Part shown: one piece after another, positions 1 to 8,605 of the stretch
Layout of the letters: the number at the start of each line of letters is the position of its first letter
Numbering within the stretch: position 1 is the first letter of the stretch
Assembly: GCA_964464255.1 (NCBI GenBank)
Contig: CAYXFO010000003.1
Coordinates: forward strand, 1 to 35,101
Origin: an uncultured Pirellula sp.
GTDB taxonomy: Bacteria > Planctomycetota > Planctomycetia > Pirellulales > Pirellulaceae
Length of the DNA: 35,101 bases
Reading direction: 5' to 3'
Notes under the pieces: generated by a model
What the model saw: only the letters and a program-made list of their open reading frames with translations
Told to the model about the DNA's origin: nothing
The model's database searches: none
Made by a program: the position numbers and the translations under genes

Positions 1-1422
1 TCACGCCACGATGTCTTTGATCACCGTTCCATAGACATCGGTGAGTCGGAAGTTGCGGCCTGCGTAGCGGTAAGTAAGCCGCTCATGGTCCAGGCCGAGC
101 ATATGCAGGATCGTTGCATGCCAATCGTGGACATGGCACTTGTTCTCGACTGCCTCGCCACCGTGTTCATCGGTAGCACCGTAGGAGAATCCGCCGCGAA
201 CGCCTCCCCCCGCCATCCATGTGGTGTACCCCTTGTTGTTGTGGTCGCGGCCATCACCGTTCTGGGCATCGGGTGTGCGTCCGAATTCGCCTCCCCAGAT
301 CACCAGAGTCTCCTCAAGCAATCCTCGTTGCTTGAGATCCGCCAACAGCCCTGCGATCGGTTGGTCGATCTCATTGCACTTATCGGGTAGTTGGTCGCGA
401 AGGCGCTGGTGATGGTCCCAGTTGCCATGGGATAGCTCGATGAATCGCACACCAGCCTCGACGAAACGTCTCGCCATCAGACATTGACGTCCGAAATTAT
501 CCGTCGAGTTGTTTCCGATCCCATAGAGCGAGAGTGTCTTCTGCGACTCTCCCGACAGATCCATCAATTCAGGAAGCTTGTCTTGCATGCGGAATGCGAG
601 TTCGTAAGACTCGATGATTCCTTCCACGTTGGCGTCCTCGCCATCCCGTTTGAGTTTCTGTTGATTGAGTTTCTGAATCAAATCGATTTGAAGTCTCTGC
701 GAGGATCGGGATATGCGCGGGTTGGTCAGATCGGGCAGGGGTGCGCTGTTGTTCCCTGCACGATTCATTCCTGGACGTGGTCCCGCCTGACGTCCCACCT
801 TGGTCCCTTGATAGATCGCGGGTAAGAACGCGCTCCCATAATTTTGGCCGGCAGCAGCTTGCGGATTGAGCGCGATATAACCAGGCAAGCTCTCGTTCTC
901 CGTCCCCAAGCCATATAGCGTCCACGCTCCCAACGACGGACGCACAAACTGCGCGTTGCCTGTATGCATCTGAGTCATCGCCCGCGGGTGAATGGGCTGA
1001 TCGCAATGCATGGAACGGATCAGGCACAGCTCATCGGCATGCTTGCCAATTTCAGGAAGCAGCTCGGAAACCCACAGTCCACTTTTTCCCTGCTGGTTGA
1101 ACTTCCAGGGCGATGCCATCAGTTTACGCATCCCTCCGCGGGCTCCGGAACCTGTTTTGCCCGAGTCGCCCGCCAACTGCGGCTTGTAATCGAATGTATC
1201 GATATGCGATGGACCTCCTTGCATGCACAGGAAGATCACATGCTTGGCCTTGGCTGGAAAATGCGGAGCCTTGGGTGCCAGCGGGTTGCCCGACTGCTCG
1301 TCCTCGGAACCCCCATAGAAGCCACTCACGCGCGATGCGTGGAGTGTGCTCAGGCCAGCGAATGCGAGGTAGCCGAAACCTGCCGAAGCAGTTTGCAAAA
1401 AGGATCGTCGTGACTCTGACAT
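1..1422 (-). CDS. DUF1501 domain protein (planctomycete sulfatase-like fold) with twin-arginine signal
   Basis: N-terminal SRRSFLQ TAT motif. Family motifs KHVIFLCMQGGPSHIDTFDYKP, FGRQCLMARR, WDHH, GEFGRTP, GRDH and RLTDVYG. Lies directly downstream of a DUF1549/DUF1553 gene, the usual pairing. Confidence 0.92.
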   Translation of the reverse strand: MSESRRSFLQTASAGFGYLAFAGLSTLHASRVSGFYGGSEDEQSGNPLAPKAPHFPAKAKHVIFLCMQGGPSHIDTFDYKPQLAGDSGKTGSGARGGMRKLMASPWKFNQQGKSGLWVSELLPEIGKHADELCLIRSMHCDQPIHPRAMTQMHTGNAQFVRPSLGAWTLYGLGTENESLPGYIALNPQAAAGQNYGSAFLPAIYQGTKVGRQAGPRPGMNRAGNNSAPLPDLTNPRISRSSQRLQIDLIQKLNQQKLKRDGEDANVEGIIESYELAFRMQDKLPELMDLSGESQKTLSLYGIGNNSTDNFGRQCLMARRFVEAGVRFIELSHGNWDHHQRLRDQLPDKCNEIDQPIAGLLADLKQRGLLEETLVIWGGEFGRTPDAQNGDGRDHNNKGYTTWMAGGGVRGGFSYGATDEHGGEAVENKCHVHDWHATILHMLGLDHERLTYRYAGRNFRLTDVYGTVIKDIVA

Positions 1423-1494
1423 GATGTTCTCTTTTAGTCGAGGGATCAGCCGCCTTGGCGTTAGCCGCGGTTTTTTGGGTTTTCGGATGGGCTT

Positions 1495-4107
1495 TTATTT
1501 GAGAATACGGAATTCGGCCGAGCCGAAGAGGGCTTGGCAGAACTGGCTCAGTAACTGAAACGCGACCTCGTCTCGTTTGGCATCGCTGGCTCGTACGCTT
1601 GCCGTTGCCTTGCGGAAAAACTGGTTGGCTGTGTCCAACTCGGCAGAGGTGGCTTCGCGGCCATAGACGAGCCGAAAAGCGTGGGCAACTCGCTCGCGAG
1701 GGTCCTTGGTATGCTGGGTCACACGGCGAGCCAACGCATCGCTCAATTCGAGTACGAACGGGTTATTGAGCATGTACAGCGCCTGTTCAGCGGTATGCGA
1801 TACCTCGCGCGAGCCGATCACCAAACTCGGTTCCGCGAAATCGAACGCATCGAGGGCTCGTGGCACTTGGTTCCTCGCGATGGGCAAGTAAACCGATCGA
1901 TGATAGTTGATGGTTTCGAGAATGTTGATATTCGGATTGCGGAAACCGCTCCGCATAGCCTCGCGCATGCGGTCCGCTCGCTGTTCCGGGCTCATGCTGT
2001 CTCTCGAGGCGGGGTTGAGCAAATTAGCAGCCAACAACGGTACCGCCATCGGTCCATTGGGGCCGACGTCGACCGATCCGAACGCAGCGATCGGCGACCC
2101 CTTCGGAGGTTTGGTCTCCAATTGCCCGCTGACCGCCAACATCGCATCCCGAATCGCTTCGGCATTCAATCGACGGACATTGCCGCGAGCGATGAGTTTG
2201 TTCTCCGGATCCGCCTCCAGTCGTTCCTGGTCGCAACGCGATGACATGCGATACACCCGAGACTGAACGATCGATCGCACCAAGTGTTTGACGGACCATT
2301 GATGGTCCATGAACTCGATTGCCAAGTGATCGAGCAGTTCCGGATGTGTTGGTTGCGGACCCGACATCCCGAAGTTATCTGGTTCGCGAACGATGCCTTG
2401 GCCGATCAATGTTTGCCAAACACGATTGGCCATCACCCGAGCCGTGAGTGGGTTGTCTCGCGACGTGAGCCACTTGGCGAGTTCCAATCGACCTGAACCT
2501 TGCTTGGGTAGTTTGTTGGAGCCGTGATCCAAGACTTGCAGAAACCCGCGCGGTACTTCCTGGGCAGGTGAATCGATTTCTCCTCGCACCAGGATGCGAG
2601 CGTTCCGCGGAGCATCCCGATCCTGGACCCCCATGCAAAAGGAAATCGGGCGACCGTTGCTATCGACACTGCTGATGCGCGAAGCGAGTTGCGAGACGAT
2701 TTGATCGAGCAAGGCAACATTCAGCAGCGGATTGTTTCCTCCGTTGTTCCCTGTTCGCTGTGCCCGTCGAGCCTCGTCAAGCTCCTTCTCTTTCTCCGCA
2801 AGCTCCTTTTTGAGCTCCTTCAATTGTTCAACAGACAAGCGCGGTTGCATCGGCTCCCGATCCTGGATTGGCAGGATGATCAGATCCGAGGGTTGGCGAT
2901 TGCGCTGCGAACGCGAACCGCCAAAAAATGTTTCCGTGCTTTGGAAAATGCCTGAGATCGCGTAATAGTCGGCTTGGGGTATCGGATCGAATTTATGATC
3001 GTGACAGCGAGCACAACCCACGGACATACCCAATACTGTGCGCGACAAGGTATCGATTTGTTCGTCGACCAAGTCGGCTTGGAACTGTCGCGGATTCTGT
3101 TCTGCCAGCGACTTGGGCCCCATCGCCAAAAATCCAGTCGCGATCAAATGCTCATTCCAAGTTTGGTCATCCTTGGCAGGGAGCAAATCACCGGCGACTT
3201 GCTCCATGATGAATCGATCGTACGGCTTGTCTTCGTTGAACGAACGAATGACATAATCGCGGTAGCGCCACGCATGGGGGAACGTAACATCTCGCTCTTT
3301 TCCGGTGCTCTCGGCATAGCGTGCGACATCGAGCCAATGCCGCCCCCATTTTTCTCCGAATCGCGGCGAGTCGAGAAGCTCTTCCACCAGATCTGCGATC
3401 GCGCCATCCATATCCCGCTTGCTGCGGGTGAGAAACGTTTGCCGTTGCTGAGGAGTTGGCGGCAGACCGACCACATCGAACGCAATGCGGCGAACCAGAG
3501 TTTCCGGATCGCAGTCAACAACCGGTTCGACCCCTTGATCCTTCCAACCACTAGCGATGTAGCGATCGATTTCGGTCTCTGCCCATTGGCCGTAGGCACC
3601 TGGATCGGGCGTCTTTCGTTCCGGCTTGCGGAATGACCAGAAGGATTTCGCCTTGTCGATGTCTTCTGGGCTGACGCGCGAATGAACGACGACCCCAACC
3701 TGAACTCGAGGATCGGGTGCCCCCATCTCGATCCAGGTCTTGAAGTCCTCAATGACACTGGCTGGCAAGCGACCGCCGGGCGGCATGCGATAATCGCGGT
3801 AGTTGATCGCATCCCAAAGGATGCTCTCCTTTAAATTACCAGGCACAATCGCCGGCCCCGATTCGCCCCCTGCGAGCATCGCATCGCGATTGTCGACCAC
3901 CAATCCTCCGCGCACGCTTTGACCATCCACCGAGTGACATCGATAACAATGCTCGATCAGAACAGGCCGAATCTTCGCTTCGAAGAATTGAACCTGTTCC
4001 GTGCTCAGTTGTGCTTGCTCTTCTTGACCGCGAACGACAAGCGGCAGGGCGCAGCAAGCAACGAGAGTCACCAAGGAAGGGAGCGGAAACAACGTGCGGA
4101 TCAGCAT
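1495..4107 (-). CDS. PSD1 and planctomycete cytochrome c domain protein (PSCyt1 + DUF1549 + DUF1553)
   Basis: Signal peptide. FFEAKIRPVL..HCYRCH and CARCHDHKFDPI (two CxxCH motifs), WGRHWLDVARYAES, NPLTARVMANRVW, PTHPELLDHLA and QALYMLN. Confidence 0.93.
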   Translation of the reverse strand: MLIRTLFPLPSLVTLVACCALPLVVRGQEEQAQLSTEQVQFFEAKIRPVLIEHCYRCHSVDGQSVRGGLVVDNRDAMLAGGESGPAIVPGNLKESILWDAINYRDYRMPPGGRLPASVIEDFKTWIEMGAPDPRVQVGVVVHSRVSPEDIDKAKSFWSFRKPERKTPDPGAYGQWAETEIDRYIASGWKDQGVEPVVDCDPETLVRRIAFDVVGLPPTPQQRQTFLTRSKRDMDGAIADLVEELLDSPRFGEKWGRHWLDVARYAESTGKERDVTFPHAWRYRDYVIRSFNEDKPYDRFIMEQVAGDLLPAKDDQTWNEHLIATGFLAMGPKSLAEQNPRQFQADLVDEQIDTLSRTVLGMSVGCARCHDHKFDPIPQADYYAISGIFQSTETFFGGSRSQRNRQPSDLIILPIQDREPMQPRLSVEQLKELKKELAEKEKELDEARRAQRTGNNGGNNPLLNVALLDQIVSQLASRISSVDSNGRPISFCMGVQDRDAPRNARILVRGEIDSPAQEVPRGFLQVLDHGSNKLPKQGSGRLELAKWLTSRDNPLTARVMANRVWQTLIGQGIVREPDNFGMSGPQPTHPELLDHLAIEFMDHQWSVKHLVRSIVQSRVYRMSSRCDQERLEADPENKLIARGNVRRLNAEAIRDAMLAVSGQLETKPPKGSPIAAFGSVDVGPNGPMAVPLLAANLLNPASRDSMSPEQRADRMREAMRSGFRNPNINILETINYHRSVYLPIARNQVPRALDAFDFAEPSLVIGSREVSHTAEQALYMLNNPFVLELSDALARRVTQHTKDPRERVAHAFRLVYGREATSAELDTANQFFRKATASVRASDAKRDEVAFQLLSQFCQALFGSAEFRILK

Positions 4108-4151
4108 AGTGTCAAACTTTCGCGATTGCGGAGCAAAAACCTTCGAGCCGA

Positions 4152-4853
4152 TTACTTCTTGTTCGGGTCTTCGTCGCTCGGTGGACGACGGGGTTGCACT
4201 CCCTCGCCTCCTCCTTGCCGTTCGCGACGACCGCCTTGGCCTTGTCCTCCTTGGCCTTGCATGCGTGCCGCCATCTTTTCGAGTTCCGATTTATCGATGC
4301 TGCCATCGCCGTTCGTGTCCAACATGTTCAAGCGAGGCAACATCTGCTCAGGGATCTCATCCCCGGTGAGCTTACCGTCCTTGTCCTTGTCGCGAGCTTC
4401 CAACATTCGCATCATGCCTGCGGCACCTCCGGGAGGGCCGCCTGCACCGGGTCCGCCGGGCCCACCGGGGCCGCCGGGGCCTGCGAACATCGGCATTTGG
4501 CCGGGTTCAGGTCGCATTTCTTCGGGGCTGATGGCACCATCTCCGTTCTTGTCGAGCTTCAGAAGAGACTTCGATGCGTTTTCGATTTCGCTTGCCGAGA
4601 GCTGACCGTCTTCGTCGGTATCGAGCACCTTCATGAGCGGAAGATTCCGCATCATCATGGCCATTCCGCGGGCCATCATCTCCGGATTTTGGGGGTTCTG
4701 CCCCTGAAGCCCTGGTCGATTCGGACGCTCGCGACGCTCAGGGCGACCCGATGGGTCCTGGCCAGCTGGGTCTTTGGCCGGGGAGTCTTGAGCGATCGCC
4801 ATGGACGCTCCTGTCACAATCAAACCGAACAGCAAACCGCCTCGCCACAACAT
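4152..4853 (-). CDS. Secreted EF-hand calcium-binding protein with Gly/Pro/Arg/Met-rich linkers
   Basis: Four EF-hand loops (DTDEDGQLSASE, DKNGDGAISPEE, DKDKDGKLTGDE, DTNGDGSIDKSE). Signal peptide MLWRGGLLFGLIVTGASMAIAQD begins at the ATG at 4853, which has AAGGGG upstream; I prefer this start to the ORF-track start at 4955. Confidence 0.85.
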   Translation of the reverse strand: MLWRGGLLFGLIVTGASMAIAQDSPAKDPAGQDPSGRPERRERPNRPGLQGQNPQNPEMMARGMAMMMRNLPLMKVLDTDEDGQLSASEIENASKSLLKLDKNGDGAISPEEMRPEPGQMPMFAGPGGPGGPGGPGAGGPPGGAAGMMRMLEARDKDKDGKLTGDEIPEQMLPRLNMLDTNGDGSIDKSELEKMAARMQGQGGQGQGGRRERQGGGEGVQPRRPPSDEDPNKK

Positions 4854-5010
4854 GGCCAACCCCTTGTTCAAGATGTTTTTCCTGCGTTTCTGTGGGTAGT
4901 TATCCCAAGGATTCGGGAACCCCGCAGTTGGATCCCCTAGAATGGATACCGACACTCCGGCGGCGAATCCACTGGGGCGAATCCGGCGTACGGAAAAAAT
5001 GATTGGCTAC

Positions 5011-5037
5011 GGAACTGGGGTCGGCATTTCAGGGTTA
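5011..5037 (+). promoter_or_regulatory. Candidate ECF-type (autoregulatory) promoter, possibly leaderless
   Basis: GGAACT (5011-5016), 16 nt, then GGTTA (5033-5037), ending 8 nt before the sigma ATG at 5046. There is no SD in between. Confidence 0.3.
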
Positions 5038-5045
5038 CTTGTCTT

Positions 5046-5690
5046 ATGAGTGAATCGCAAGCCGGCCAATCCGATTCCATCGATCCCAAGGCCTTTCTCG
5101 GCGAGAAGGGGGGGGAGATCCTGGCCCAATGTTTCCAGGAATTCCGGCCTCGCCTCGAAAAAATCGTCACCTTTCGGCTCGACCCCAGTTTCCGATCGCG
5201 GCTCGACCCGGCGGATGTCGTGCAGGAATCCTACTTCGAGATCGCTCGCAGGATCCATGAATACGCGACGACTCAAGGGCTCCCACTTTTCATTTGGATC
5301 CGCCAGCGGGTCCTGCAAACCATGATCGATCTGCAGCGAGCCCACTCGCGCGAGAAACGAAGCGTCCACCGAGAATCGCGATTGCCGGAGCCGCAATTCA
5401 ATCAGTCGACGAGCCTATCGATCGCGCGCATTCTCATGGACGACCTCCCCTCGCCAAGCCGTGTTGCCATGCTGGCCGAAGAACAGGAGCGATTGCAACT
5501 GGCTCTCGACAGCATGCATGAAATCGACCGCGAAGTTCTAGCCATGCGTCATTTCGAGCAACTGACCAATAGCGAAGTGGCCGAAGTCCTCGGGCTCAGC
5601 CCCACTGCTGCGAGCAATCGCTATGTCCGAGCCGCTGCAAGGCTTTCCGAGATTCTCAGTTCCCTGACTGCACCTCGAGACCAACAATGA
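5046..5690 (+). CDS. ECF RNA polymerase sigma-70 factor (STK-associated planctomycete type)
   Basis: Region 2 RLDPADVVQE..WIRQ and region 4 DREVLAMRHFEQLTNSEVAEVLGLSPTAASNRYVRA. ATGA overlap with the kinase gene. Confidence 0.93.
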   Translation: MSESQAGQSDSIDPKAFLGEKGGEILAQCFQEFRPRLEKIVTFRLDPSFRSRLDPADVVQESYFEIARRIHEYATTQGLPLFIWIRQRVLQTMIDLQRAHSREKRSVHRESRLPEPQFNQSTSLSIARILMDDLPSPSRVAMLAEEQERLQLALDSMHEIDREVLAMRHFEQLTNSEVAEVLGLSPTAASNRYVRAAARLSEILSSLTAPRDQQ

Positions 5691-8605
5691 TGGACGATGA
5701 GCGACATCCCGTTGATGTTCTCGCGGACGAGTTCGCACAGCGACTTCGCAATGGCGAACATCCCAGCATCGAAGAGTACGCAGACCGCCACCCAGAACAT
5801 GCAGACTTGATCCGGGCTGTCTTCCCGTCAGTTGCCGCAGTTGAACGGGTCGCGAATCAGGAGTCGGAATCGAAAGCACCCGCCCAACTAGCAGCCAAGG
5901 AGCTCGGCACAGGTCTGCACAAAACCTTCGGCGATTTCACGATTGTTCGACCCATTGGATCGGGAGGGATGGGTGTCGTCTATGAAGCGATTCAGCGATC
6001 GCTCCATCGCCGCGTGGCCTTGAAGGTCATGAACGAATCGACATCGGGCAAAGCCAAACATCGCCTTCGATTTCAAAGAGAAGCCGAAGCGGCCGCCGGC
6101 TTGCACCACACCAACATCGTTCCGATCTTCGGGATCGGCGAAGAGCATGGCCTGCAGTATTACGCGATGCAATTGATCGACGGGGCAACTCTTCAGGACA
6201 TTATCGAATGCTTGAAGGAATCCTGCGGCAATAAACAAATGGATGCACCGAAGCGCAAAGGCCCGGCCCACGAAGCAGCCTACCGGCTGATGCAGTCCAG
6301 CGGGGAGGATTCGAGTCTTCATTTTGATGCCGAATCGACCGGTTCCCTCTCAACGCATGTTTCCCATGCAACCCTCATTCAGGCCACAACCGTAACGCAC
6401 GTCCCTAACAAGACCACGAAGGATTCCCTAGTTCAAGACGCTACTTCCATCGATCACGCCCAAGCACTCGCTGAATCGAACAGAGAATCAATTCAGCGGT
6501 TTGCTCGTTCGCGAACCTACTATCAAAATGTCGCGAGAATCATTGCGAGCACCGCCAGTGCCCTCGATTACGCGCATCATGCGGGGGTACTCCATCGGGA
6601 TATCAAACCCGCCAATCTGCTGCTCGATCGAGAAGGAACGATCTGGATCACCGATTTCGGACTGGCTCGGCGCGAGGATATCGACGGTCAGACCCAGACA
6701 GGTGAAGTGCTAGGAACACTTCGCTACATGGCTCCCGAACAGATTCGAGGTAGCGGCGATCATCGGATGGACATCTACAGTCTTGGGCTGACATTGTTTG
6801 AGTTGCTGACGCTCGAATATGGATTGGAGTCACCCAAGTCTCGTTTGATGGATCCTATGGGACACTCGCAGGTTCGATTTACCAAAGAGATGCAGCGGCG
6901 CATACCACGGGATCTGCAAACGATCGTTCTCAAAGCCTGTGCACTTGCACCTGGTGACCGCTACCAGCGAGCTGGCGATATGGAGCAGGACCTGCGCCGA
7001 TTCCTCGAAGACCGCCCCATCCAAGCGCGACGAGCCAGCCCGATCGAGCAACTGGGACGATGGGCCCGGCGAAATCCGTTGCTTGCAACCCTTGCCGGAT
7101 TGTCGTTCGGTCTCCTGGTGACGATCGCCGGGCTGCTCGCGGTATGGAATCGACAGCAACAAGCGACCCTTCTTAAGTTGAGTCAGGAATACAACCGAGC
7201 CGAATCCAATTTACGCGAGAAGGGGGCAGCACTGGACCGCGCGGAAAAAGAACAGGCTCGCGCCGAAAAAAACATGCGGATGGCCCTCGAAGCCTTCGAT
7301 CAAATCATGGGCAATATCGTCGCGCGAGGACGACTCCTCAACTCGCTCGATCTCGGCGACGAGGAACCGCCAGAGTTTGTTGATGCCAATCTCACGCAGG
7401 CAGATGTGGAATTGCTTCAATCCTTGGCAGCGTTCTTCGATCGCTTCGCCGAAGAAAACACCACCGATCTGCGCATCGAGACCGCCGTGGCCCGACGTCG
7501 AGTTGGCGAAATCCAGCACCGCATCGGCAAACTCGAAGATGCCATGAAATCGCTGAACCAATCAATCGTCGATTTCGCATCGATCCGAAAAGCCAATCCC
7601 GATCAATCACCGGCGGTACTCGAAGAAGTTGTCGCTCGCGGGGAACTGATCGCCATCCTCGGCAAACGAGGTCAAATGCAGCGAGCCAACAACTTGTTCA
7701 CCGAAACACGACAATTGATCGAATCCCAGGAATCGATCAGCAAATCGACCGAAGGGCAATTTGCCTTGGCCAATCTTTTGGAGAGCATGGTCAATGTCGG
7801 ACCTCGCATGGCTCCCGATCGACGACGGCGGCCTCCGTTTGCGTTGGCCAATCGAGTTGCTCCCCCGTTGCCGACCGCTCCAGGCCAACAGGCACGCCTC
7901 AAGCGGGAATCGGATCTGAACTCGGAGTCGATGGCGATTCTCGAACGATTGGTCAGCAGCCATCCAAGCCAAGCCGCCTTTCAGCTCGCACTCGCTCGCA
8001 CATGCAAAGACCGCGTACGGATCCTCCTGGTAGGCGGGGAGATCCAGGAAGCCGAGCAGTTGTTAACGCGAGCCGTCGGGATCATGGAATCCCTCCTTCA
8101 ATCGCATTCCGAGTCCGCTCTGTATCGCTACGAGTTAGCGGATATCCTGAGCATCAACATCACCTTTCGAAACGAAGATGAACAGCGCTGTTCCCGCGCG
8201 CTCGAGCTGTGCGACCAATTGCTCAAGGAGCATCCCAATACCCCTCAATATCTAGCCCTCAAAGCATCGATACTGACGAAGCTCGCGTTTCTCGGAAGCC
8301 CGCTTGAGAATCGAGGTGAGAAGGCCCTGCAACGCGTCAACGAGGCCATTGAAGTCCAGTCGGATCTGGCCAAACGATATCCTGAAGTTGTCGTCTATTC
8401 ACTCGCGTTGATGCAGTACCATCTGCAGCAATCCGAACTATACTTCGCCATGAAACGACCCGAGAAATCTCGCGAAGCGATCAATAATGCCGCAGCCATC
8501 GCGGAGAGATTGGAAGCTCGCGGCAACGCACAGCCGTTCGTGAAATCGTTCCTGGAGCGGATCCGGGAACGCAACACCAGCACCGAGGAAAAGAACAACG
8601 AATGA
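5687..8605 (+). CDS. Membrane-anchored Hanks-type serine/threonine protein kinase with C-terminal helical/TPR-like region
   Basis: IGSGGMGVVY, VALK, HRDIKPANLL, DFG and GTLRYMAPEQ. One TM segment (LLATLAGLSFGLLVTIAGLLAVW), then a coiled coil and helical repeats. Confidence 0.94.
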   Translation: MMDDERHPVDVLADEFAQRLRNGEHPSIEEYADRHPEHADLIRAVFPSVAAVERVANQESESKAPAQLAAKELGTGLHKTFGDFTIVRPIGSGGMGVVYEAIQRSLHRRVALKVMNESTSGKAKHRLRFQREAEAAAGLHHTNIVPIFGIGEEHGLQYYAMQLIDGATLQDIIECLKESCGNKQMDAPKRKGPAHEAAYRLMQSSGEDSSLHFDAESTGSLSTHVSHATLIQATTVTHVPNKTTKDSLVQDATSIDHAQALAESNRESIQRFARSRTYYQNVARIIASTASALDYAHHAGVLHRDIKPANLLLDREGTIWITDFGLARREDIDGQTQTGEVLGTLRYMAPEQIRGSGDHRMDIYSLGLTLFELLTLEYGLESPKSRLMDPMGHSQVRFTKEMQRRIPRDLQTIVLKACALAPGDRYQRAGDMEQDLRRFLEDRPIQARRASPIEQLGRWARRNPLLATLAGLSFGLLVTIAGLLAVWNRQQQATLLKLSQEYNRAESNLREKGAALDRAEKEQARAEKNMRMALEAFDQIMGNIVARGRLLNSLDLGDEEPPEFVDANLTQADVELLQSLAAFFDRFAEENTTDLRIETAVARRRVGEIQHRIGKLEDAMKSLNQSIVDFASIRKANPDQSPAVLEEVVARGELIAILGKRGQMQRANNLFTETRQLIESQESISKSTEGQFALANLLESMVNVGPRMAPDRRRRPPFALANRVAPPLPTAPGQQARLKRESDLNSESMAILERLVSSHPSQAAFQLALARTCKDRVRILLVGGEIQEAEQLLTRAVGIMESLLQSHSESALYRYELADILSINITFRNEDEQRCSRALELCDQLLKEHPNTPQYLALKASILTKLAFLGSPLENRGEKALQRVNEAIEVQSDLAKRYPEVVVYSLALMQYHLQQSELYFAMKRPEKSREAINNAAAIAERLEARGNAQPFVKSFLERIRERNTSTEEKNNE

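Noticed and set aside
1445-1480. Short hairpin followed by a T-run between the PSD1 and DUF1501 genes
   Set aside because: The stem is short and the T-run lies on the strand opposite to transcription, so I cannot support a terminator.
4425-4485. GC-rich repeats and palindromic-looking sequence (ccgggcccaccggggccgccgggg)
   Set aside because: Explained by the coding GPG repeats in the EF-hand protein; not a CRISPR or REP element.
4854-4955. ORF-track N-terminal extension of the EF-hand protein
   Set aside because: The signal peptide and SD-like sequence fit ATG 4853, and the extension covers the divergent promoter region.
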